Part shown: one piece after another, positions 38,451 through 52,000 of the stretch | Layout of the letters: each line of letters starts with the position of its first letter | Numbering within the stretch: the first letter of the stretch is position 1 | Assembly: GCA_047967505.1 (NCBI GenBank) | Contig: CM106538.1 | DNA length: 64,000 nt | Source of the DNA: Dipteris shenzhenensis | Taxonomy: Eukaryota | Strand: one strand, 5' to 3' | Program-made: the position numbers and the translations under genes | The notes under the pieces: model-generated | What the model was told of the DNA's origin: nothing | Seen by the model: only the letters and a program-made list of their open reading frames with translations | The model's database searches: none

Positions 38451-39269
38451 TATTGATTCCGTGAATCTAGGGGAAGAGTAATTGATCGGGCGATGGCATC
38501 TGGCAAGCATGATCCGCCATATTTTGGGTGCAACTCTGGTGATGCAGGGATGAATAAGGCTTATGCCTAATTTTTGATATTACAAAAGCTTATGTACATA
38601 TTTGAATTTTGGAATATTAGTGACTTGGCTAAGTGTATAAACTAAAGTTAGAAAAAGCTTTATTTTTAGAAAAAGCCAGCTATTCTAGAAAGTGGATGGG
38701 CTTTTTGTAAAAGGGTGAATGGAGGAAAGCATAGGGGCTTTTGTATGATTTTTGCTCGGAAGCTTTTTGGGAAATATACATAAATACATAGGAGGTGGAA
38801 GGAGAGCACCACTCCTATGGGGGGAGATTGTACCCAGCACGCTTGTTCTGTCTCTTTTGTTTTGTGAGTTTTGAGAGTTTGTGCGTATTTTTGAAGAGTG
38901 TTGCTGTGTTTTTCAAGGATTTGCAGGTTCCATGAGCATTTCCCGTCGCATTGCTTGTTCCCCCATCTTTATGGTTACTTCCACATTTGCAAATGACTTG
39001 TATAGATGACGCTTGATTTCCCATCATAATTGACCATTAGTATGATTTTGAGTGCCAAGATACGCAAGGAGTGCAAGAGAGGTCATCTTTTGACACAAGC
39101 GGCTCTGCAAACATTGGGCATCTAGCACACAATAAGCATCAGGCTATTATCGGTCAACTAAGGGGTGAGGGGAAAAAGACCATTAACAATTTATCATCCC
39201 TAGAATCCTTTTTAAAAACATCCTTTCAACGCCCGCAGCAACGGGGTATACGGTTTTCGATGAGCTCGA

Positions 39270-39720
39270 GTTGATTAAAATGAAAGGGCAAGTAGCCAAT
39301 CATGATGTGATTGTGTTGTTTGACTCAGCATCAATGCACAATGTGATTAACTCGAAGCTTATTAAGAGGCTCAAGTTGAAAACTAGTTTGTCTGACTATG
39401 CTTATACGGTCAGGATGGCGGACGGAAGTTCAACTGAAGTATGGGACCAAAGGGTTACCCAGTTGGAACTTCGAATTCAAGACTATGTTGAGAAGCTGGA
39501 CTTTGAGTTGACCAGGCTTGCTCACGCAGATATAGCCCTAGGCATGGCTTGGCATTTTTGGAAAAATCCAGCCATTGATTGGAAAAAGCATATTTACCAG
39601 TTCAAGATGAACGGGATAGAATATGTTTTGCGAGGTGAAAAGGATTTACCTTGAGGACCATTGATTTCAGCCATGGAAATTCGGAAGACTCCGAAAGAGT
39701 TTCTGTGTCCATTCCTTGTA
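39270..39720 (+). mobile_element. Ty3/Gypsy aspartic protease fragment
   Basis: KMKGQVANHDVIVLFDSASMHNVI..DIALGMAW..NPAIDW. Confidence 0.8.
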
Positions 39721-39965
39721 AAGGTGAAAGGCCTTTGCTTCCTTTAATAAATTAAGATGATAAGATTAAGAACTGATGAAGGACTTTCTCAAGAAGTTTG
39801 CAACTATTTAAGGGATCCCTTTGTCCAATTAATTATAAAAGACATAAAAGATAACGCTTGAGGTCAAATATAAGTAAGGCATTAAGAGGTATTGGCTCTT
39901 TTAAAGTTTTTGATGACAATAAGTTGAGCTATTGATATTATAACATGGAATTGTTCTTCCTTTTT

Positions 39966-40553
39966 GATTTGGTGTCTATACGACAATGCCTTAAAGTTTC
40001 TAAAATATTCATATGCATGGCATGCAAGGGAAGTAAAAGGATTGAAAGACTAAAAGCATGGTTTGGTCCTTACCACAAGATAGCACCTAAGGGCAGGGCC
40101 CCAATTCGGTGCTTTTCATGTAGACAAATGTTTGAGGCTTTTCTTGACTGCACAATGTCTCTTTAGTCCCGTACATTAACTTAGCAAGTTCATTTTAAGA
40201 TTAGATCCAATGATACCTAGGCTAGTTGAGTCATTGAATCTTAGAAGAAATAGATTTGGTGTCTATACGACAATGCCTTAAAGTTTCTAAAATATCCATA
40301 TGCATGGCATGCAAGGGAAGTAAAAGGATTGAAAGACTAAAAACATGGTTTGGTCCTTACCACAAGAGAGCACCTAGGGACAAGGCCCCAATTTGGTGCT
40401 TTCATGTAGACTCCATGTAGACAAATGTTTGAAGCTTTTCTCAAGTGCACAATGTCTCTTTAGTCCCGTACATTAACTTAGCAAGTGCATTTTAAGATTA
40501 GATCCAATGATACCTAGGCTAGCTGAGTCATTTGAATCTTATAAGCAATAGAT
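39966..40553. repeat. ~287-bp tandem duplication
   Basis: GATTTGGTGTCTATACGACAATGCC starts at 39966 and at 40253. Confidence 0.92.
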
Positions 40554-40566
40554 ACGGCATGCTGAC

Positions 40567-40611
40567 ATTTCATGGGGGTAAATGAAAGAATAATTCATAG
40601 TTGGGGAAGTA

Positions 40612-40642
<31 letters not shown>

Positions 40643-41646
40643 AAAGAAATAAGTGTTTGTGTGTGTGAGATACATTTACTAATCAAATTTGTGTGTGTGT
40701 GCATGGCCCACCCCCAACCCAAAGGGTAAGACCACATGGTGGGGAGTAAGCCCACCATGTGGAACTTACTCCCCACCTACTGAACAATAAGTGAATTAAC
40801 GTGGATCTATATGATAAGTGTCAAAATGCAAAAATGATGCCAACAGTAAATGTGTAAACCACTTCTGCAAAATAGATATAAAAGTTAGTAAAAGATAAGG
40901 CAGATCACAAAATGACTAGGGATTATCCATGCTAAATAATTATCCAGTGGATGTGAATTAACTGTATGGCATGAGCCCGACCAAAGGCTAGTTGGGAAAT
41001 CAAAGTGTGTGTTTAGATTAAAAAGTCCCATTAATAATCGAGCCATATAATTAATTCCATCAATTGGATAAAAAGTAAAAAAAAACATATAAGGAAGAAA
41101 TGTTTGAGACATCTAAGTTGAAAAATGCAACAACTAGAGTTTGCAAAATTTCGATCAAAATTAAGATTTTTTAACAATATTGAGTTTGATAAACATAATA
41201 TTGGAAGAAGATGTCAAATCCTCAGGTAGTCCAGGTTCCAAGGTCGGGGTCCACTTACCTGCCACCATCCAAACAAAATAGGTGTTAGAAAATCATAGTT
41301 ACGTTTGGGCATATAGGTAATGCCTGTTTTCTCCGGCTTCTTATTGCTTCACCTAGGAATATAGACAACCATATGGATTCTTAAATAATTAAAAAAAAAT
41401 TTAAGCCACAAGTGAAGTTTAAGTCTCAAGTGGAGAAGGAGCGAATGAGTGCATGGGTTGAGATGAGATTAGAGGAGGTATGGGACGATTAGTGGGCTTG
41501 GTGTGTGGGGTGGTTAAAAACAGAGTGTAAAGGGGAGATTTCATGGGTGTAAATGAAAGAATAATTCATAGTTGGGAAGTATACATGTGTGTGTGTGTAA
41601 AGAAATAAGTGTTTGTGTGTGTGAGATACATTACTAATCAAATTTA
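40567..41646. repeat. Two ~110-125-bp direct repeats containing (TG)n (40567-40690 and 41538-41646)
   Basis: ATTTCATGGG.GTAAATGAAAGAATAATTCATAGTTGGG occurs twice. Confidence 0.85.
41212..41522 (-). repeat. Inverted copy of the 24432-24743 repeat; possibly a solo LTR (TG...CA)
   Basis: Reverse-complement identity to 24438-24743; no TSD found. Confidence 0.7.
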
Positions 41647-42089
41647 TGTAACATTTAGGACCTCCACAAGCAAACAAAAACCTTGAACCCTAAACACATT
41701 GGAAGCCCTTAAACTATTACTAACCCACACTTGAACCTCATACTAACCACAATTTGCATGGTCAAATTGACCAAATGAACTAACTTTAGAACTATAGACC
41801 TAATTCACCCTCTCTCTCGCTCTCTCCTATTCACCCTCCCGAATTCAAAAATCTATATAGATAAAAAAAACAGAATCTTTGTGTCAGATCAATTGCATCA
41901 CACTCCTAATTTTTGAGAGAAAATTATCGTAGGCTCAGATTGGGAGGTTGATAGAGGGAGGCGAGAGAGGTAGAGGGACCTCCATGCTCCTTCTCGATCA
42001 CCTTACCCTCCAACCCTCGATTTAGCCTCGCTCTCCCCTCTCTTTCTCTCTCCCTTCCCTCTCCCTCCCTTCCCTCTCCCTCTCCCACT

Positions 42090-42159
42090 GAGTTTAATTT
42101 AACGATTCGGTACCGAAGAGGAAAAGACAATAAGGTTGCTGATGCGTTGTCTCGCATTA
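42090..42159 (+). mobile_element. Isolated ~70-bp Gypsy RNase H C-terminal fragment
   Basis: Reads EFNLTIRYRRGKDNKVADALSRI and is embedded in a CT-rich tract. Confidence 0.7.
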
Positions 42160-42699
42160 CAGACTCTTCTCTCTCCCCCTCTATCCCTTCCTTCTACCTC
42201 TGCCTCCCCCTTCCCATATACTGGATCCCTTCTTTGTATCGTGCACGGGGTGGTGCAAAACAATCTAGAACGGGGACACGTGGCAAAACATCGACATACG
42301 AATCAACCTTACCTTAATTTTTGTCCCTTTTATACCACTCCCCCCCGCATGCGAGACTTCCATGGATTTTTATTGTAGGCAGCATAAAGGGAAGTTTTCC
42401 TTTTCTCAACTCTCATGAAACCACGTGTCACAATCTCCTCTGTCGTCGTTGATGTTCTGTAAACAAAATCATATGGACTTTAAGCTTTATTAGCAAGAAA
42501 ATTTTGAAGGAAAAATCATCTAGATTTTTCTCTTTATTTTAAGAAGAGAAATTTGCAGGAAGAAGTGGTATGTAGTTTCCTTGAGACCTTAGGTGTGCTC
42601 TAGTTCATCTGTCTAGTTGTAGCGTGCATGATGGCTTTTCATTTACAAGATCTGTAATGAGGAGGAACAATGTAATCAAGAGGTTTCCAATCTGTACCA

Positions 42700-43120
42700 A
42701 CCCCTATAGGGAGGAACAATTTTCGAACTCATTGGGATGCTTCTCTAGAGTTCATTGATTGTTGCAAAGATAATCGTCTCACCAGGCGTTGAAACAAACC
42801 CAATTGAGGGGGTATTTGTCCAAGTATCCAGATCCACAAAAATCAAAGTAGAGAAGTTGGAAAAAGATGTGGGCACTGAGCTTGTAAGGATGTTCCCCCA
42901 GAGCAATAATCCCCCTAGCGAATAGCAGAGGGCTGCAAGTCGCATTGTCACGCTTTCATTCTTGCGGACTGGTGAAAGAAAACAAGAAATAGGTTCCAAA
43001 TCTTACTAGGATGCTCCCATATTAACAGGAAATCCAAAGGAAGAATCAGCAGATATGCCCACCAATTCGATCTTGACATGAGTATAGTAACTTATACATG
43101 AAGAGTGACCAAGTCATTAA
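42700..43120 (-). pseudogene. Decayed plant extracellular LRR (RLK/RLP-like) fragment
   Basis: HVKIELVG, LLLWGNILTSSVPTSFSNFSTLIFVDL and NEL*RSIPMS resemble the LxLxxNxLxGxIP consensus. Confidence 0.4.
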
Positions 43121-45906
43121 ATTAGATCTTCTTCCCCGAGCTTCTACCTTGAAAGAAGCATTCTGGAGTGCCCACATTACTGCCAGCCCTGCGATCTCAC
43201 CGTAGATGATGATGGCCACATGAAGCTAATTTAATTGCACTATCAGATACAATCTTTCTTCCTCTAGAAGTAGTGATTAATAATGCTTCAAGGGATAAGA
43301 GCTTTTGTTACGCTTAAGAGTTTGGACGGCTGCACAGTCGGCGTAACTCTTATCAGTGAACCCCTTGGCCCTTAGAAGATTTGAATACAAAAAGAAGATG
43401 CAGGGAGTAGGCTGAGAGGAGACCCGGGTAGTGTGGGAGTGGCATTTGACACCTTGTCATGTACATACATTGGAGATGTTGGGGATGTTCCAAGAGTGGG
43501 GGATCGCTGGTACTCTCGCAGGAGCTAGCAGAGGCGGAGGGAACGGGGCAATGTTTAGGACTCTGGGCCATTGGTATAAAATTTCCAAACGAAGAGAGTA
43601 TGCCGCAGAAAGTCCAAAGTATGCCCAAAGTAGAAAATTTCCAAAGTATGCCATTGGTAGAAAATTTCCAAACAACGAGAGTATGCCCTTCATGTGCTCG
43701 AGAAAGTCCAAAGTATATATACTCCAGGAACAATTGATCTTGAGAGATTGATTAATAAGTTGTGGAAGAAAATTCAAACAAACACAATGCAAGTCTTGAT
43801 GATGTAGAAGTCCAAAGCCTCAGGATTGATCTAAGAGAGTAGATTCACAGAGATCAAATGCATATGTTTTAACTTGCACCTTTGCAGGTATGGATAATGG
43901 TTAATTGTTTGGTGCAAACAGAATTGGATGATCTGCAAGATAAGTTGCAACCTCTAACAACAAAGCAACATAAACATTGAAGCAACAGTTCAAAAAATGG
44001 AATTTGACACAAATGAAAACAACATGCTTAGTGAAACTATAATCCGGATCAAATCATTGAGGTAAAATTAGAGGCATCCAATTAGGCATTGAGCAGCACA
44101 ATGCTATTATTCAGCCTCAGAGCATTTGAATGTCCATCTAAAGTGATAGTTTATCCCATGTTTATTGTAATTGTTAGTGCCAAACCGTCTAAAACAGTTG
44201 CAAAAACTGATGAATTATAGTTTACAGCATGGAACTATCCAATCTAAGTGATGGAGTATAGACCTTCATAGAGCTACATTGAACTAGGAGATATATGCTT
44301 GTTGGCTAGAGGGCAGCATGGAGATGGTTGGAGATAGTAGCATTGAGATGGATGGATATGTGGCTCCAAAAAGAGTTTCTTCTGGCAAGGTGTTTAGTGA
44401 CAAATGTATCCTCCAAGTTTTTGTTTCGAATCCAATCACCCATCTACTAATTTATGTCTAAAGTATTGTGATAAAGGCTAGGTTTTACAAGCCCTCTGTC
44501 AAATTTGAATTTTAAGACCCTCAGGTGCTTTGCTTGTTTTCTATTTGTGAGTGAAGTTAGGATTGGAGTCATTAGGGAGATGTGGGATTTACGGCTAATA
44601 TAGAGAAACCGGGAATTGGCACTTGGATAACGAGCTAAATGCAACTAGCAATCACCATCTACTATCATCAAGAAAAGAGTCGTGGTGATTTTATCGGCAT
44701 TCAACTACGATTACGACTATTGACATTCATGTAATATGCCAGTATCTTATCCATTCACAAGACTTATTCTCAGCGCTAATATTCTGGTGTTAATATTCTC
44801 GGTGTACGGGAAGGGTCCATTCCCTCGGATTATAACTCTTTGGGGAAGGAAGCGTGCCGCCTCCGGTTATAATAATTATATATTATATATTATCATATAA
44901 ATATTTTCAATTGTTCGTCCATTCAAAATTGCTTGTTTTTAATATAATTCTTACAATATATTCTCTCTTTTGATGCATGTTCTCGAAGCTCAATGCAAGA
45001 TCAAAAGGTATCGACACCTTTATGCATATGATTGTAGTAAGTGTGACAATATTGTTTAGACTGCAATGAGAATCAATTATGAGATGTTGTGAGCGTCGCC
45101 TTATTCATGTATCTGTTGGGCTTCAACTCTCAAAATGCACAAACAATATGGCCAAGTCAATAATATATCACCACCCCTGACATTTGCAAGGAGGATTGGG
45201 ACCTAACGGACCCGATGTGGTGTCTCATGTCCACAGTTTTACTCATTTACTTTTTTCCTTTAAAAATTGATAAAATGCTAGGATTCTCAACGATGACGAA
45301 GGCGCAACCTAATTTGTATCATAGGGTACCTATTTAGCAACTCATTAACCAAGACATCCCTTAAGACCCTTCGAGGGCCAAAAACGTGAAGACGACTTCT
45401 TAGTGGGTACTAATGGGATTACAATTCACATTTAAGGTTATCTTACCACCACCAGCATCCAAACGAGTGTTCGCGAAGAACTTTTTTCTCCGTAGGTCAT
45501 AAAACCTACCACTGCATAATTTTATAGGTTTTTTCAAAACTTTATAGATTTTTACAGGTTTTCATAACTAAAACTCCTTGATTTTTACAATTTTTAAAAA
45601 CTGGAAAAAAAAAATTTACAGGTAAAAATGAAATCCATTGTATATAGTTTGCAGGTTCTCTGTGAAATTCCAAACTCTCTTGACTACTAAAATCCAGCTC
45701 GAAATGTGCAGTAACGCTTTGGAAAGTTTGCTTCCTTGAACATATGTAAGTATCGCAACTAAGGAGTAGAGTTCTTTCGGAAAGATTGGAGATTGTGCAC
45801 ACTCTGTATGTGTAACCGAGGTGCCGGCGACAATACGGAAGACGCTGAAGCGACAGCGGTTGCGTGGAGGAGCAGGTGCTCCTAGAAATTGCTGAAGGCT
45901 CATGGG

Positions 45907-46104
45907 ATGGAGTTATTCCGTCAATCCAAAGGCATTGTAACGGGAATTATGTTGGGAATGTGCATCGCATATCTTTTGCAAGCTGCAAGCAATTACACCG
46001 CGATAAGGCCAGCTGATCAGTTCTGGAATGGCATTGACAGCTCTCAGCCACCTTCGCCTTCTCACTTTGAACAAGCTGCGCATCTGCCTACAAGTGAGAA
46101 CTTG
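45907..46104 (+). CDS. Probable first coding exon of a type II membrane protein (short tail, TM helix, stem); product unknown
   Basis: MELFRQSK-GIVTGIMLGMCIAYLL-QAASNYT... with a GC-richer leader. Candidate donors near 46094 and 46105. Later exons not identified. Confidence 0.45.
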
Positions 46105-46139
46105 GTCAGCTCAATGAATTGTGCATCAGTTGGATTTGT

Positions 46140-46281
46140 CTTGAGTTGTCTGAAATAAATCACTGCACTCTGAACAGTCGCCGATGCTAGTTGTCTTCAG
46201 TTGTCCGAAACAAATCACTCCACTCTGAACAGTCGCCGATGCTAGTTGTCTTCAGTTGTCTGAAACAAATCACTCCACTCT
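46140..46281. repeat. 55-bp tandem repeat, about 2.5 copies
   Basis: AGTTGTC(T/C)GAAA at 46144, 46199 and 46254. Confidence 0.9.
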
Positions 46282-46859
46282 CTACGTGAGCATTTTGGAA
46301 TGCTGTCCTCAGGAATCTTGGATTTCCATGAAATTAGATCTCCTTGCTCTAGAGAAAATGAAATTAAAATAATATTGTCTTTATAAGCAGTCGCATCTTA
46401 GATGATGAGAATGTTTCTTCTTATTGCCCCTCATAGGCCATTTTGGCCTTCCGCAGACATAATGTCTTTCTTTGGGAGCTTTGATAGATAAGACCTCTCT
46501 ACACATGTGTTTGTGCAGTTGTGAGAGAGTATGTTTACACAAAAAGCTACCCCTTCGTTTAATGCGCTCAAGCATGGCTAGGTACATAACCAGACAAGAG
46601 GGCCATACACTTCAGCAAGCATCGAGTTGCCAGCTGTAGTTGGCTGGACAGCCACATGGCAGGTTGGCTAGCTAGAGTTGACCTTGGCTTGACTTGAGGA
46701 TGGGTCTGGGGTATTACTGCCGCCATGGGCTGTAGAGTAGTCAAGCTTGTTTAGTGAAGCAAAGTGTAAGGTAGAGTAGATCTACAATGGGAAAGGGAAG
46801 GTATACAGAGTGAGGAAGGGGAGAGTAGTGAAAGGAGGAGGTGGGAGAGATAGAGTTGC

Positions 46860-48918
46860 TCCTCTTGTTGAGTTGCACTAACTTTGTATGGGGGCCTATT
46901 AGGTGGCTCACTACTAGGAATGAGTTCTATGCCATGATCTTCAGGTCTCTCAGAGGGTAACTCCCCTGGCAAAGAGTCAGAAAAATCTTTAAAATCTTCA
47001 AGAAACTGAAATTTATTCTGATCTGCCTCACCTATTTCAGCATGCATGTCAACATCTCTCTCTTTTACAAAAACAATGTAAGCTGAAACTGCAGACTTCA
47101 TTTCTTTTCCAACAGAACTATTTGATACAATGGGAATAGTTTCCCCTCTATTCCTTGCAACCACACGGTGTACTTTGCCCCTATGTACAAACTCCAACAC
47201 TCTCTCAGGAAGAGTCAACTTCATTGCCTTGCGATGAAACCAAGGCATACCCAAGACTACGTCATGAGGTTTCAGTGGAGAAATGAAGTCGTCTTCCTGA
47301 TCCACATAACTCTGTACATGAAGACGGAGCTTTCCTATCAAGGGAGTGACTGGCACAGGGCTCCCACAGAACATCTGATCGGCATCCAGAGCCCTACCCA
47401 ATTTCTCCATCTTTATTCCTAGCTTTAGGGCTAAATCCTCTGATATAAAGTTATCTGTAGCCCTTGGATCAAATAAAATCAGCGCTTGTTGGTCTCTGAC
47501 TTTGCCCCATGATAGCAGCAATTCTCGTTCCTTTGGGTTTGAAACATGACCTAGTATATCAGGATTTCCCCCCGCCATGGGTTTGTGCGGTCCTTGTGGC
47601 TTCTCTGCCTCTTTTCCCTTCGGAGTTGAAGGCTTTTTTGGGCACTGGGCAACCATGCCCCTCTTTGCTGCATCTGAAGCTACCCTCTTTCCTTAAAGTT
47701 TCAATCTGATCAGGGGTAAACTGTGGTCTTCCCTTATAGGGCCTTTGTACCTGGTTTCCCCTAGGCTTTTGAGGCTGAAATCCCCTCTTCTGAGCCTTAG
47801 GAAACTCTCTTGTTTCAAACTTGGGGGTCGCCAACTTTTTATCCCTTGGTATTCCTGCCTGTAGTGAAGGCACAGAAGTAGGATCCTGCATGTACACGAG
47901 GCTAGCCACATTGGCTGGATGCTTAAGATCTGAAATTTCTTTGATATCCTTAGTGTTCACTTGGGCCTATATCTTTGGAGTGAGTCTTGCGCGGTACTTC
48001 CTGAGCTGAGTCTTATCAGAGATTTTCTTGAAAGGTGAAACTTGCAAGTAGGAGTCCCAAAATTTCTGGTTATAAGACTCAACTGTATCTTGTGCTACCA
48101 TATGTATACTCTCCCAACCAAGGAGAACATGATCCCGAAACTGTTTGGGAATAAACTGTTTATAGAAAGCTTTCTTGAAGTCCTTCCATTTCCTAGGAGC
48201 TACATAATTAGCTGTCTTAGCTATCCACCATGACTGGCTGTACCAGTCAAGTGCAAACCAACCATACGAAGCTTCAAGGACTCACTAAAATTGGCTGAAG
48301 GCAGCATCAAACTGCCTTATGAACTGCATTGCCTTTTTCAGCTTGGCCGTATTGGCCATTGTAGGTGGCAAATCTCACCGACTTCCCACCATCTTTGAAC
48401 TCTTTAGTCTCAGCGTTCTTGCCAGACTTCTTCTTCTTCTTCGTCTTCTTCTTCTTCTTCGGCTCTGAGGATCCAGAAGAAGATGATGATGTTGAGAGGT
48501 GGAGCTAGAAGAAGAAGATGAACTAGATGAACAATGACCTTCTTGGGAAGAGGACCTGCTCTTTTCCTCTTTTTGCTGTCCTTATGACGAGACTTCTTAC
48601 TCTTTCCCAATGTGTCATCTGTGGAAAGAGGAGCAGAACTCAAAGATCTCTTTTTGCCCATCTCTTCCTGATTTGCTCTAGAGGGAGGATTCTCTGGCTT
48701 TTCCTCAAAGAGAGGTTGTACCATCTTGCGAAACAAGGGGTCGCTTGTTGCCTCTCCAAACTGAGTAATCAGCTCTCTGTAGGCATTCTCTTTATTTATC
48801 TGCATAGCCTCTGCCCGCTGTACCTGATCAGACTCTGCCATTTCCTCATGGGATGATTGGGCATGTTGCTGTGAAGCCATCACTGCAACTTGTCTGAGGT
48901 CTACAAACTCTCACACAC
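46860..48918 (-). mobile_element. Ty3/Gypsy gag-protease, truncated before RT; its leader probably continues at ~54680-55800 beyond the LINE insertion
   Basis: Frameshifted gag with FRCSKEGH knuckle remnant; protease LILFDPRATDNFIS and DVVLGMPW; ends at PPNRPPYKVS. Confidence 0.85.
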
Positions 48919-49030
48919 TTTTTTTTTTTTTGGGGTAAAATCCATTGTATTTATATTCTCATAAATTTACAATATGGGAAGTCTCCCACACACTAGCAAA
49001 GAACTCCGAAAGAGAGCCCGATAGAAGAAC

Positions 49031-52000
49031 TCAAAAACAAGTAGAGAACACTTCAAGGCTAGTAGCATCCAAATCCCTTGCAGCAAAACTGTCATGTAAG
49101 GATTGCTTGAGGGACATTCTGAAGAAAATATATGCCTGAGGAAACTGTTGACCCATCCTAGAATGCAGTCTCTGTGTCCAGATGGTCCATAATACCCAAA
49201 AGGGAGTCCAATGAAAGAAAAGGAGTAATGGAGACATCTGAGATGAGAGGCATCCAAACATCCAGAAAAGTTTCCCAAATCTGCTAGAAGGGAACCGAAG
49301 CCGCAGTAAATGAGAAACATGAGTGATCAATGTGCGAGAGTGCGGGCAAAACCATAATAAGTGAGGAACTGTCTCGCGGGGATGAGAGCAACGGGGGCAG
49401 AAAGGAGAAGCAATGCGGCGTGCTGCCAATTTCACCCCAATGGAAAAGGCTCCCACTATACATCTCCAAAGGAAAAGCCTCTGTTTCAATGGCAATTTGG
49501 CTTTCCAGATTTTCATGAGTCGGGATTGCCACCAAGATAAAGGCCTATCCAAATTCCAAAGAGTGTTGGCATGCTTGTCAATCCATGGCTGTGGAAGAAG
49601 AAATCTGTAAACCTTCGAGGAGGTCAGATTGTGTATTGAGAGCGTATGGGTAGCAGGAGGTATGGAAGTCAAATTCCAGTCCATTAATCTGTCTTGTGCA
49701 AACAGTGGAGGAACCGGAACAAATGGCTGCAACATAGTTGAAAGTGTTCTCCAAATGGATCTATGATGCAGACCCAAGGAGAATGTCCTGCAAGCTTGTG
49801 GAAATGAAAGTGTATAGCCTTGTTGATCCACAACATCACCAACAAATCTTATGCCCAATTTCATGAGATTATATGCTTTGATAGGTGCCTGTAAAGCGAG
49901 AGGCGATGCAAACACCTTGCTCCAATGGATGCTTTCCAATCGAAAAGAATTACCATGATGAGAGGAAGCACCTGTCCATTTTGCATATGAAAGAATTCTC
50001 TTCCAATCATGAAGAAAAGCAGTAGAAACAGGGCAACCAGGAATTTTTCCCTGAAAGGAAGATAAAACTGCTTCCCAGTGATCTGTAATCCAATGCCCAT
50101 ATGCATGGGAAGCCATGTTTCCACACATAGCTGCTAACATAATAGCCCATGGTTGTTTTTGCTGAAAAAAATCAGCAATCATAGTGCTCTTTCTTGCCAA
50201 CATATGAACCTGGAGATTGAGAATATTCAGCCCCCCATGAGTCTTGGGTGAACAAATAGACTGCATAGGTAGTAGTCGCAAAGCTTTTTTATGAGATTTG
50301 CTTTTCCAAAGTATCTCCATAGCTTGGGACATATAAGAAGCCAAATGCTTGAAAGACCAAGGAAGAAGAGGCAAATAAAATTGCACATATGCCATAATGA
50401 TGGACTGTACTATCCGGAGTCGAACATGTAAAGGCCAAGTGGACAAATGCCAGTATTCCAGCTTCTTGTTGATCTTTTGAAGCACCCATTTGAGCTGTTG
50501 TTGCGGAGTAATATTCCAGCCAATGGGGTATCCGAGATGTCTGACAATAGTAAGGGAAGAGATAATGTGGCCTGGCCAAAAAAGTGCATGCCAATCAGCT
50601 TCTTTCAAAGCTAGAAGTTTTGATTTCTGAAAATTGATATGCAGTCCAGCAGCTATGCCAAAATCATTCAGTGTATGCATCAAACGAGAAAGATCACTTT
50701 GAGAATTCCTTGGCATGAAGTATGAATCATCAGCATAGGCCTGTGCAAGAAAAGACTGTGCCCCTGGAATTTGCAAGCCATGAAGCTGTCCTGTATCTGC
50801 CAGATAGTCCATATGCAAGAGTAACGGATGGGTAGCAATGGCATACAGTAAGGAACTAAAAGGGCAACCCTGTCTCACTGAGCGAGTCATAGTCCAGGTT
50901 CTTGACAACCCACCACCAAGCAAGCACTGTGCCGTGGCGTGAGAATAAAGCCAGTAAATGATGTGGACGAGTCGAGGGCCAAATCCCAATTTTTGCATAG
51001 TTTGAGAGATGAAATCCCAATGGACAGTATCAAAAGCTTTCGCAATGTCTACTTGCAGAATGAGAACATCTTGTTTAGAATATTTGGCATACTCAATCGC
51101 AAGCAAGGCATTGGAGATATTGTCAGTGATCTGCCTTCTGGGGACAAATCCATACTGCCTAGGATGAAGTCCTGCTTGCAAGAGGAAGCGAACCCTGAGG
51201 ACAATCATTTTAGCAATGAGTTTGTAAATGACAGGCATGAGGGATATAGGCCGCCAATCAGCCATCGTCTCACACAACCTTTTTTTGGGAATCAATTTTA
51301 CTAGGCCATGTTTCCAGGATGGAGGAAGAGATTGTTCTGCCCAAGCATGATTGATCATTAGAAGGAGAGTGTTCTTGAGATCACCCCAAAATGCACGGAA
51401 GAATTCAACAGTCAGTCCATCCCAACCAGGGGAGCTGCTTTTGCGTAGATGACTCAAAGCATCTTCCAGTTCACTAAGCATAAAAGGCTGCTCCAATGCA
51501 TGGGCCTGTTCCCGAGATACTATGGGCTGAACATGCATAAGGAATTGAGACCTGGCTGCATTTACTTGCATCAAATGATCAGGTTGAGAAGAAAGGAGAT
51601 GCTGAAAATGACTAGAACATTGCAATTCCAAGTCTGATTTGGAAGTGGTCCAGGTGCCATCAGCTTTCTTGATCCTGCAAATATCCTCCTTTCGCCTATC
51701 CGCATGGAGACTTTTAAAAAAGGCTTTGGAGGAGCAGCCCTTATCCAAAAGGGGTTTCATACGAGCTCGGATTTGCCACTTCTTTAATTTGCGAAGATCA
51801 TTTTGATGAATGATATGAACCGCATAAGCACAAGAATCCTGTTCAGAAGAAGTAAGCTGCCTATGAGAACTGATTGCATCCATTTGCTGCTTGTGGGATT
51901 GAGCCCATTTTATCTTGAGCCGAAGGTTTTCCATGTAACTCCGTCCGTAGTCTTGAATAACAGCCTGTAAGCGATGAGCAAGACTGATCCAAGCAAAATC

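Noticed and set aside
43353-43792. ORFs over short AAAATTTCCAAA / AAGTATGCC repeats
   Set aside because: Several frames are open on both strands because of the repeats; no identifiable domain.
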